From Promethearchaeota archaeon (lineage in GTDB: Archaea; Asgardarchaeota; Lokiarchaeia; Sigyniarchaeales; SOKP01), in NCBI GenBank assembly GCA_019058425.1, contig JAHPYZ010000002.1:27880-91879 (forward strand): DNA of 64,000 nt. The letters run 5' to 3'. Below the pieces are notes generated by a model. That model was not told the DNA's origin and did no database searches. It was given only the letters and a program-made list of their open reading frames with translations. A program made the translations under genes and the position numbers. Positions 1 through 8,635 of this stretch are shown piece after piece; the stretch's first letter is position 1; every line of letters begins with the position of its first letter.

Positions 1-194
<194 letters not shown>

Positions 195-252
195 AGTTAC
201 TGCCAAGAGTAAGCTAAAATGAAAACTATAATTAAATGATATTATTGTAGCT

Positions 253-1092
253 TTATTTCTTTTCAATAGTTTTTCTGATCCTATCAATTCTTTCGTTTCT
301 CGACATTCCATTAGTTATAGGATTATGATCTCCATATAACACTTTATGATACACAGGTCTTGTAGTTCTATAAAATACTCCTACAGTAAACTTATGTTTC
401 TCTTTAGCAGCTTTAATAGCTTCAAACTGAGTATCTGGTTCTTTTTCAAGATATTCAATATTGTTTCGGTATTCCTCCCAATTATGGTATGGAACAGCAG
501 GTTGTAGGACTTCTATAAAAGTGAATCCTTCATGTTCTACTCCTTGTACTATAAGATCGGTGAGATGCTTTATATCCCCCGAAAAACCTCTCGCTACGAA
601 TGTAGCACCGGCTTCGATCATCAACGATATTGGATTAAATGGTTCTTCATAGCTACCTTTGGGTGTGGAGGGCCCTTTCCAACCTTTTTCCGCTAAAGGC
701 GAGAATTGCCCGGTAGTAAGAGCATACACACTATTATTATGTAAAATGTAGGTTATGTCTTGATTTCTTTTTGCCGCGAAAATTGTATGGGCTAAACCTT
801 CTGCTAATCCATTCGCATCTCCAGAAAAGTTAATTACTTTTAGGTCGGGATTTGCAATTTTAATACCTTCTGAATTTGAACAATTACGTCCATGTAACCC
901 ATAAATCCCACTTAAATTAAGGTAATCGAATATTTTCGCATGGCAGCCTATGCCCGCTGTCATAACAATATTTTCTCTTTTGATACCTTTTTGTTCTAAT
1001 AGAGGAATAGCATTTCTTATTGCAGTAAAAATTCCAAAATTTCCACATCCTGGACACCATGTAATTTCAGCATGAGTTTTGAGATCTTCCAT
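253..1092 (-). CDS. 2-oxoacid:ferredoxin oxidoreductase, beta (thiamine-diphosphate binding) subunit
   Basis: 279 aa. N-terminal WCPGCGNFGI Cys motif and SGDANGLAEG (GDG-type ThDP motif) are typical of KorB/PorB-type beta subunits. It starts 1 nt after the alpha gene stop, indicating an operon. Confidence 0.85.
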   Translation of the reverse strand: MEDLKTHAEITWCPGCGNFGIFTAIRNAIPLLEQKGIKRENIVMTAGIGCHAKIFDYLNLSGIYGLHGRNCSNSEGIKIANPDLKVINFSGDANGLAEGLAHTIFAAKRNQDITYILHNNSVYALTTGQFSPLAEKGWKGPSTPKGSYEEPFNPISLMIEAGATFVARGFSGDIKHLTDLIVQGVEHEGFTFIEVLQPAVPYHNWEEYRNNIEYLEKEPDTQFEAIKAAKEKHKFTVGVFYRTTRPVYHKVLYGDHNPITNGMSRNERIDRIRKTIEKK

Positions 1093-1093
1093 C

Positions 1094-2755
1094 CTATCGA
1101 AGCACCTCCTTTATTTTTTGTGATAATTCAATTGGATCAAATGGGCGTCCATCATACTGTTTAATTGTGGATCTTATCTCTAATCCCGCTTTTTCCGTTA
1201 AAAGCTTGGTAAACTGTCCCGTGGAACTCTGTTCTATCACTATATTATCTTGATGTTTGAATTCCTCTAATTCCCATATTGGTAAGGGATTCAGATATAT
1301 AGGTGCAATCGTAGTAGGATTTAATTTTCCATATCTAAGAGCCTCTAAAACACTCATATAGGTTGAACCATAAGAGAAGATATTTGTTGGATGTTCACCA
1401 TATATTTTTCTGACTGTTTCTTGCCCCTTTAAATGTTCAATAAGTGCATCTAACTTTTTATTTCTTTTATCATGCATGAAAGATATTTTTTCTGCTTCTT
1501 CAGTTGTTATACCAAATTCATCATGTTCATAACTATTCCATTTAATTATCTTTTTTGAGGGTGGAAATAACATAGGAGAAATTCCATCTTCAGTATCACG
1601 ATATCGTTTATAATCACCCTTTTCATGCATTTTAGGTTCTGCCCATTTGGTTTTTTCAAAATCAATTTCAATTGTCATGTTACTTTCTGATAGATGTTTT
1701 TCAGTTAGTAATATTCCTGGGGTTTGAAATTTCCATACTAAATCTAACATTTCAGCGGCAAGATAATACGCTTCTCTAACTGTTCTTGGTGAAGCGACAA
1801 TTCTTAAGAAATCCCCATGTCCTACAGTTAATGCAAAAGCTAGATCAGCTTGCTCTGTATAGGTAGGAACTCCTGTCGCTGGTCCAGGTCTCTGAGATAA
1901 TATAATTAAGACAGGTGCTTCAGTCATACCTGCTAGAGAGAAACCCTCTGTCATTAGAGCAAATCCGCCCCCACTTGTACCAACCATTGATCTTGCTCCT
2001 GTAAATGACGAACCAATAGCCATATTAATTACTGCTATTTCACTTTCAGCATGAACAACAGCTAAACCAAAATTTTCAGCTTCATGGGCAAGAAAATGCA
2101 AAATACTTGATGCAGGAGTCATAGGATATCCATAATATACATTTAATCCCCCTGTTATAGCACCTAAACTAATTGCCTCATTTCCTGTAATAATAAGTCT
2201 TTTTTTATCTCCTTTATCCAAAATAAATTTCTTTCCGCAAACAGGATATACCATATTGTAAATTTTATCTGCATAGCTTAAGTTATCTTCAATTCCTCTA
2301 GGATATTCGTCTCTAATAATTTGATTCATTTCATCTTTTTCAAAACCTATAACAGCAGATAATATTGCTACAGCACCAACACCAAACATCAATTCTTTCA
2401 TAGGATATTTTTCTGCTTCTGAAGATAATGGAATTCCGATGCCTTTCTCGACATCTAGTTCATCCGAATTAAAAATCATAATCCCATTTTCTGCAATATT
2501 GTTAATATGAGTTTTATAACTCCTTTTATCAAAATTTACAACTAGATTCGCATTCATGTAATGACTACTAATCCATCTGGGTGCTGTGCTCACCACAGAA
2601 AAATTATGTCCACCCCTTATTAAACTCATATAATCATCCATTTGGAAAACATGACGACCCATACTTGAAAAAATATGTGCTGCTACTGAACCTGCCTTTT
2701 TTACTCCTTCACCAGCTTTACCACCAACAAGAAATGTAAACACATCTGAAGCCAT
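1094..2755 (-). CDS. 2-oxoacid:ferredoxin oxidoreductase, fused gamma-alpha subunit
   Basis: 553 aa. N-terminal gamma-like segment (LVGGKAGEGVKKAG) is followed by alpha-type blocks (GYPMTPASSIL, GTSGGGFALMTEG). It sits directly upstream of the beta subunit gene. Confidence 0.8.
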   Translation of the reverse strand: MASDVFTFLVGGKAGEGVKKAGSVAAHIFSSMGRHVFQMDDYMSLIRGGHNFSVVSTAPRWISSHYMNANLVVNFDKRSYKTHINNIAENGIMIFNSDELDVEKGIGIPLSSEAEKYPMKELMFGVGAVAILSAVIGFEKDEMNQIIRDEYPRGIEDNLSYADKIYNMVYPVCGKKFILDKGDKKRLIITGNEAISLGAITGGLNVYYGYPMTPASSILHFLAHEAENFGLAVVHAESEIAVINMAIGSSFTGARSMVGTSGGGFALMTEGFSLAGMTEAPVLIILSQRPGPATGVPTYTEQADLAFALTVGHGDFLRIVASPRTVREAYYLAAEMLDLVWKFQTPGILLTEKHLSESNMTIEIDFEKTKWAEPKMHEKGDYKRYRDTEDGISPMLFPPSKKIIKWNSYEHDEFGITTEEAEKISFMHDKRNKKLDALIEHLKGQETVRKIYGEHPTNIFSYGSTYMSVLEALRYGKLNPTTIAPIYLNPLPIWELEEFKHQDNIVIEQSSTGQFTKLLTEKAGLEIRSTIKQYDGRPFDPIELSQKIKEVLR

Positions 2756-2954
2756 TTTTTTGCTAACCTTTATTTATTTCTATTATTATTACATTCTAAA
2801 TCGTGTTATTAATTGATTTAGCTATAAATTATTTAAATATATGGTTTATAAAATCTTAATAATTATATTTTGAAAAAATGATTAAATTAATACAAGATTA
2901 TTCTTAAGATTTAAATATCTGAATCGATTAGTAGAAATATATAGTTTTATGTAA

Positions 2955-3878
2955 ATGGGGAAGCTTATGCTAAAAGAACGATTGAAATTAATAAGAATTA
3001 TATATTTGATTTCTATAATTACTTTTTTCGGGTCTTCATTCATCCCGTATCTAGTACATTGGTATACTGGACAACCATATTATCAATTTTTTATGGTTGT
3101 CTTTTATTTTATTGTAAAGTTAATAATATCATTAGTGTTTATGATTTCTTTCTTAGTAACCTATAGAACAATAAGATTAGCTAATTCAATCGCGGGAATT
3201 GGTATTATAGTAATGGGTTTTTTCTTTTTTGCGGATATTGCAACCTTTTTATCTCCTGGTGATGAGTACAATCCAAACGAATCTTGGTTGGGTCTTGGTT
3301 TTTATATGGGAATTATTTCATATGGTGTAATTATTTGGATTAACCTACTGTTATCTAAATATGAAAAAGCAAGAATCAAATCTTTAATTGCAGCGGGTAC
3401 TCAAATAAAATACGTAGAGGTACCTATAAAACAAAGTGTTGAAGCTAAAAGTATTAAAACAGAAAATACTGAAGTTAAAAGGAGTTATATTGGATTTTTT
3501 AGTTATTCCATGAGAGACAGTCAACTTTTTAATATAAAAAAAATCGCGGAATCTCTACAATCTTACAAAGAGATTGATGAAATTTTATGGTGTGAAGAGG
3601 ATACAAGGGATAATTTTATCAAATACATGGATGAAAATATAGGAAAATGTGATGTAATGATCTTATTTTGCTCTCCAAACGCTTTAGAGTCTGGGTTTGT
3701 TGAAGATGAATGGATGGCTGCTCATGCCATGAAAAAGCCGATCATCCCTGTCTTTTTAAATATAGAACATGTTCCCCCACTTCTGAGAGCAAGAATAGGG
3801 GTGGAATTTGATGTTTTTAATTTTAAAAAGAACATTAAAGAAATTTATAATACTATAGAGAAAAAATTGTCTTCTTAA
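2955..3878 (+). CDS. Multi-pass membrane protein with C-terminal TIR-like domain
   Basis: 307 aa with about 4 hydrophobic helices in residues 10-135. The C-terminal 130 aa reads YIGFFSYSMRDSQLFNIKKIAESLQ...CDVMILFCSPNALESGFVEDEWMAAHAMKKPIIPVFL, matching the TIR layout (F-SYS..D strand A; ilf.S.na..S.wv..E block). Assignment rests on motif recognition only. Confidence 0.5.
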   Translation: MGKLMLKERLKLIRIIYLISIITFFGSSFIPYLVHWYTGQPYYQFFMVVFYFIVKLIISLVFMISFLVTYRTIRLANSIAGIGIIVMGFFFFADIATFLSPGDEYNPNESWLGLGFYMGIISYGVIIWINLLLSKYEKARIKSLIAAGTQIKYVEVPIKQSVEAKSIKTENTEVKRSYIGFFSYSMRDSQLFNIKKIAESLQSYKEIDEILWCEEDTRDNFIKYMDENIGKCDVMILFCSPNALESGFVEDEWMAAHAMKKPIIPVFLNIEHVPPLLRARIGVEFDVFNFKKNIKEIYNTIEKKLSS

Positions 3879-5017
3879 AACAAGACAAAACCGCAAGAAG
3901 GACAATTCTTTCTGGCACCCATTATAATTTTACTACAATTAGGACAAATATTTACGTGTGATTTCTTTTTAGTTTCCTTTGATTGGGGTTTTACTTCTTT
4001 TTCTTCAACTTTCGCTCGAATTGCAGCGGCCATAGGATCCTGTGCCTGAATAACTTTGGGCTTGACTTTAGCTTCTAATTCATGTAAATATTCAATAATA
4101 TTCTTTTTCTTAACTTTGTTTAATTCAGCAATAGTGGGTATTTTACCTGCTTTTACATTATTTACATAATTTTTCTCAAGTTTTAAGATATTAAAACAAT
4201 TATGACATCGAAATATATGAGGGATCCCAATATTAGACGTTTCAGACCATTGAGCCCAACATACCTTATGTGCAATAGTCTCACAGGAAGGACATTTAAC
4301 AATATTTTCATTATCTTTTTTAAAACATATAGAACATGTTACCATTTCTTCAACATTTTCAGGCTCATCAGCTAAATTTATATAAAAAGGTTGATTGTCT
4401 GGCAAAATCATCCGTAATCTTTGCTTAACAAATGAAGGATCGGAGACATATTTTTTCTCAGATAAAGTAGTCAGGATGGTATCAAGTTCTCGAATACTAT
4501 CAATTTCATAGAACCCACCATTACTTAATTTTGTTAATTTCATCAATTTTGGACTTATTTCTGAATTTGGTGGTCCTACTCGTATAATATCAATAAAAAA
4601 GGGCATGTCTTTAACAACTTTTACAAGCTCTTCTATTGGTGGGAGGTATTCGGAAGGGATATCATATGCTCCTTCATCAATCAAAATTAATAATCGGAAT
4701 ATTTTTTCAGATATTTTCTTATATACTTCAATTATAAAAGTTATGGCTATAAATATTCCACCAGCGATATTAGCATTAGTAATCTCCCCACTCATAGATT
4801 TTAAAGTTTTGAGTATATGTTCTTGATCAAAAGTAAAATGCTCTAAATAATTCGGACCATCATGTTGAAAGACTATAAGGTTAAATCTGTCAGATGGATC
4901 TGTAATTTGTTTGTTTTTCATAAAGTCTGCAATTGAACTAAAAACTTGACGCATTTTGGTAATTTCTGGAGTAAAGCCATAAAAAATAAGGCAATCTTCA
5001 CTTTTCGTGGATTCCAT
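3875..5017 (-). CDS. vWA-like domain protein with C4HC3 cross-brace (RING/PHD-like) zinc finger and C-terminal zinc ribbon
   Basis: 380 aa. Residues 1-190 have a vWA-type alternating beta/alpha pattern (DRFNLIVF..., RLLILIDEGAY, FFIDIIRVG) but no DxSxS MIDAS. C228-x2-C-x10-C-x2-C-x4-H-x2-C-x17-C-x2-C274 maps to nt 4196-4336. The C-terminal CPNC-x12-CPSC maps to nt 3893-3946. Confidence 0.6.
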   Translation of the reverse strand: MESTKSEDCLIFYGFTPEITKMRQVFSSIADFMKNKQITDPSDRFNLIVFQHDGPNYLEHFTFDQEHILKTLKSMSGEITNANIAGGIFIAITFIIEVYKKISEKIFRLLILIDEGAYDIPSEYLPPIEELVKVVKDMPFFIDIIRVGPPNSEISPKLMKLTKLSNGGFYEIDSIRELDTILTTLSEKKYVSDPSFVKQRLRMILPDNQPFYINLADEPENVEEMVTCSICFKKDNENIVKCPSCETIAHKVCWAQWSETSNIGIPHIFRCHNCFNILKLEKNYVNNVKAGKIPTIAELNKVKKKNIIEYLHELEAKVKPKVIQAQDPMAAAIRAKVEEKEVKPQSKETKKKSHVNICPNCSKIIMGARKNCPSCGFVLF

Positions 5018-5243
5018 GTTCTTTGAAAGGTATTTGAGGGTAATTAAAATTGCGTTTTATTTAATATAAATTTCGTGTAAAGATTAATAAGTTTAAGGGT
5101 AATCTTAATCCATTTTAAGTTTTCATGTATCTTTCTAATGAAGGATGATTAGATATTAAAAATTTTGATTAAATGATTCTTAAAATTTAAATATAGTGTT
5201 GTTTTTCTAATAAAAAGCTTAAAAAATAAGAGTATTAGAAATT

Positions 5244-5783
5244 ATGCTTGAAGGAACAAATATAAACTTAAGAGTTATGGAACAAGAAGATATTCCCCTT
5301 TACCATGAATGGATTAATACACCTGAAATTGTAGGTAAATACAATGCACATACATTTAGACAAATCTCAAAAGATTTATTAACTAAAGCTTTTAGTAATC
5401 TTGCTGATAGTCTTCAAATTTTCATAATTGAGAAAAAAGATAAAACTAGAATTGGTCTAATATTATTTTTTTTAGTAAAGGGAGGACCTGTTGAATTATT
5501 GGAAATTGGGTATTTAATAATTCCATCTGAACGGCAGAAGGGGTTCTGTACCGAAGCAGTCACCATTTTTGTGGATTATTTATTTTTAATAAAAAATATT
5601 TCACGTATTCAAGCTACTGCAGATGTTAGAAATATTGGATCTCATAAAGTTCTTGAAAATACAGGATTCACAAAAGAAGGTATTATACGAGATATGATAT
5701 TTAACCAAGGGAATTGGAGAGATTTCGCTCTTCATAGCATCCTTAGAAATGAATGGAAAGAACCAGTTCTTCTGAAAATTTAA
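5244..5783 (+). CDS. GNAT family N-acetyltransferase (RimJ/RimL-like)
   Basis: 179 aa. N-terminal LRVMEQEDIPLYHEWINTPE and core QKGFCTEAV...ATADVRNIGSHKVLENTGFTKEG resemble RimJ/RimL-type GNATs. Confidence 0.75.
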   Translation: MLEGTNINLRVMEQEDIPLYHEWINTPEIVGKYNAHTFRQISKDLLTKAFSNLADSLQIFIIEKKDKTRIGLILFFLVKGGPVELLEIGYLIIPSERQKGFCTEAVTIFVDYLFLIKNISRIQATADVRNIGSHKVLENTGFTKEGIIRDMIFNQGNWRDFALHSILRNEWKEPVLLKI

Positions 5784-5820
5784 ACTTTAAATGATTAGAA
5801 TCTGTAATTATTTTTTTCTA

Positions 5821-6903
5821 TTACTTCTTCTTTTTCTTCTTTTTCTTTTTCTTTTTTGAACCTTTTGATTCAACTCTTTTTGCATCTATCATAGCTCGTA
5901 TATCAGCAGCAAATGGATCTTCGGCGTGAACAACTTGAGGTTTACTTTGAGTTTCAATTTCTCGTAAATAATCAGTAACATCTTTCTTTTTCATCTTATT
6001 TAATTCAGCAATAGTAGGAATTCTACCAGTCTGAACGTCCATAATATAATTCTTATCTAATTTTAAAATATTAAAACAGTTATGGCACCTATATACATGT
6101 GGAATTCCAATATTGGATGTTTCAGCCCATTGCGCCCAACATACTTCATGAACGTCTGTATGACATGAGGGACACTTCACAATACCCTCATCACCTTGTT
6201 GAAAACAAATTGAGCAAGTTGCTATGCTAGTTACTCTTTCAGGCTCATCAGCTAGATTTATGTAAAACGGTTGATTTTCCTTAGAAATAAGAGGAGTTTC
6301 CTGCTTACTAAATGCGGGTTTTATTATTTTCTTCTTATAAGAAAGCTCCATTAACATGGGATTTAGTTCACTAATATCACTAATCTCATGATAATCACCC
6401 TTACTCAGGTTCACTAATTGAGTTAGATTATTACGTGCTTCATATTCAGGATGACCTATATGAATAACATCGATGAAAAATGGCATATCTTTAACTTTTT
6501 TAATTAACTCTTCTAATGCTGGAAGATAATGGGTTGGAATTGGATAAGCTCCATCATCTACTATGATTAATAAGCGAAAAATCTTCTCTGATATCCTTTT
6601 ATATACTTCTATAACAAAAGTAGTTGCTACAAATACACCCCCTGCAATATTCGCAGTTGAAATCTCATTCTCCACAGATTTTAGCATTGATAATATATTA
6701 TTTGTATCAAAAGTAAAGTGATCTAAATAATTTGGTCCATCTGGTAAAAATAAAATTAAATTAAACCTATCAGAGGGATCTTTACTTTGCTTCTTTTCCA
6801 TATACTCTGAAATTGAATTGTATATGCTTTTGATTTTAGTTAAATCTGGTGTTAAGCCATAGAAAATTAATGTATCCTCAGATTTAGTTATTTTTAGTTC
6901 CAT
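5821..6903 (-). CDS. vWA-like + C4HC3 cross-brace zinc-finger protein, paralog of 3875-5017, with a 12-Lys C-terminal tail
   Basis: 360 aa, colinear with the 380-aa paralog and with identical Cys/His spacing (CSIC-x10-CPSC-x4-H-x2-C-x17-CHNC). It lacks the terminal zinc ribbon and ends in SKGSKKKKKKKKKKKK. Confidence 0.6.
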   Translation of the reverse strand: MELKITKSEDTLIFYGLTPDLTKIKSIYNSISEYMEKKQSKDPSDRFNLILFLPDGPNYLDHFTFDTNNILSMLKSVENEISTANIAGGVFVATTFVIEVYKRISEKIFRLLIIVDDGAYPIPTHYLPALEELIKKVKDMPFFIDVIHIGHPEYEARNNLTQLVNLSKGDYHEISDISELNPMLMELSYKKKIIKPAFSKQETPLISKENQPFYINLADEPERVTSIATCSICFQQGDEGIVKCPSCHTDVHEVCWAQWAETSNIGIPHVYRCHNCFNILKLDKNYIMDVQTGRIPTIAELNKMKKKDVTDYLREIETQSKPQVVHAEDPFAADIRAMIDAKRVESKGSKKKKKKKKKKK

Positions 6904-7244
6904 TATTTAAACCATATAGATTTGATTAATCCTTATCTAATATAATTTTCGTGGGAGGATTAATAAGTTTAGGTATAAACTAACCTTTATTTAGATTTTA
7001 TTAGATATTGTGGATAATACTTCAAATAGCAAATTTTTGAATTTATATTATAAAATTATAGCATAGTGCTTTTTACTAGGTGAACTTTTACATTCTTACA
7101 CGAAATTTTTTATAAAAAAATACTTTCTACAATTTAAGTTAAGTTAAAATATCGAAGGATATTATTAAACGTTTATACATCTACAAATATTTTACGCTAA
7201 TGTAACAAATCACTGCTTAATCTATTTGAATATGAGGGAAAAAA

Positions 7245-7502
7245 ATGCAGATTTATCGATTAAAAATAAATAAGAACATATGTATAGGCTGTAATGACTG
7301 TGTAGTTAGTTGTCCACTCAATTTCCAGCAACTAAAGGACAAAGGTTATTTAACGCAAGAAAATGCTGTGGTATTAGTCAAAAATGGGATGGCTTATGAC
7401 ATTTATGTTGAAGGTAGAGATGTGAACTGTGATGGATGTGGTGTTTGCTTAAAATATTGTCCTGTAAATGCAATTGAATTACAATTAATTAAAGTTAAAT
7501 GA
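7245..7502 (+). CDS. 2x[4Fe-4S] ferredoxin, FwdG-like
   Basis: 85 aa with two CxxCxxCxxxCP motifs (CIGCNDCVVSCP, CDGCGVCLKYCP). GAGGG Shine-Dalgarno-like sequence lies 8 nt upstream. It is the first gene of the fwd cluster. Confidence 0.6.
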   Translation: MQIYRLKINKNICIGCNDCVVSCPLNFQQLKDKGYLTQENAVVLVKNGMAYDIYVEGRDVNCDGCGVCLKYCPVNAIELQLIKVK

Positions 7503-7512
7503 GGTAATAAAA

Positions 7513-8232
7513 ATGTCATTTCCAAAAATATCAAGATCAATCAGTAAAGATATTGAGCATGTAAAAGTACAATTCCTTACTGAAAGTTTAGAGCTAATCT
7601 TAGACAGAACTAAATGTGTAGGCTGTGGCACTTGCGCACGAGTCTGTCCAAAGGAGGCAATCTCGCGTGGACCGGTAGCTGCAGCTCGTCGGTTTCCTAA
7701 TATGGAAGATATAATTCCAGAAATATATGATCCTAAGCTATGCGTATTTTGTGGCACATGTGTAGTTATGTGCCCATTTAGTGCTTTAACGCTTAAAAAA
7801 GACGGAGAGTTTATTGAACTAAATGATATTCAAATTGTCAAGGAAAATGTAGTTCCAAAACTTGAGTTTGAAGCAAAAAAAATTAAAGATAATGCGGGAA
7901 TTGAAAGGATCGCGAAAATTTATGTTGATGGTGAGGTTGATATCGTTGACCCAGAATGTGCGGGTGGTTGCGAAGCTTGCGCTGATGTATGCCCTAGTGG
8001 TGCTATTACTGTTCCGGAAAAATCTGATAAGGGTTGGGAAACAGTACCTAATGTTGTAGTAGACCCAAAAAAATGTATTTTCTGTGGTTCTTGTGATAAT
8101 GCTTGTCCTACGGGGGCTGTTAAACTGAAAATTACCGATGTAAAATCTTCAGGAGATTTTAGTGAACTCTTTTGGGAACCCCTTTTAAAGAGAATAAAAA
8201 CATTAAGGTGGAGCGAACAGAAGGAGGAATAA
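7513..8232 (+). CDS. Polyferredoxin (four [4Fe-4S] motifs), FwdF-like
   Basis: 239 aa with CVGCGTCARVCP, CVFCGTCVVMCP, CAGGCEACADVCP and CIFCGSCDNACP. It lies between the small ferredoxin and fwdD. Confidence 0.6.
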   Translation: MSFPKISRSISKDIEHVKVQFLTESLELILDRTKCVGCGTCARVCPKEAISRGPVAAARRFPNMEDIIPEIYDPKLCVFCGTCVVMCPFSALTLKKDGEFIELNDIQIVKENVVPKLEFEAKKIKDNAGIERIAKIYVDGEVDIVDPECAGGCEACADVCPSGAITVPEKSDKGWETVPNVVVDPKKCIFCGSCDNACPTGAVKLKITDVKSSGDFSELFWEPLLKRIKTLRWSEQKEE

Positions 8233-8236
8233 TCAA

Positions 8237-8632
8237 ATGAGTATGAATAATTTAATTTTGATAACTTGCCGAACAATAAATCAAGGTGTAGCGCTTGAAG
8301 GAGGTAAAAACACTAAAGAAAATGTTCGTGCAGCGGGAATCTGTGCTTTTGACAGCGATGATTTTAAGAAATTAGATTGCCTTGTTGGGACACCAGTCAA
8401 GGTTATCACTGATTTTGGTGAAGTTATAGTATATTCTACGATTTCCGAAGAAGGGCCACATCCAGGAATAATTTTTATCCCAATGGGTCCTTGGGCAAAT
8501 CAAGTTGTCAATCCTGATTCACAATCATGTGGTACTCCCACTTATAAAGGAATGAAAGCACAAGTAGAAGTAATTTCTAGTGGAAAAGTTTTGGATGCTG
8601 TAGAATTAATTAATTTATTAAAGGAGGCTTAA
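8237..8632 (+). CDS. fwdD: Formylmethanofuran dehydrogenase subunit D
   Basis: 131 aa. LITCRTINQGVALEGGK ... IFIPMGPWANQVVNPDSQSCGTPTYKGMKAQVE matches the FwdD/molybdopterin-dinucleotide-binding barrel pattern. AAGGAGG RBS lies upstream. Confidence 0.8.
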   Translation: MSMNNLILITCRTINQGVALEGGKNTKENVRAAGICAFDSDDFKKLDCLVGTPVKVITDFGEVIVYSTISEEGPHPGIIFIPMGPWANQVVNPDSQSCGTPTYKGMKAQVEVISSGKVLDAVELINLLKEA

Positions 8633-8635
8633 AAA

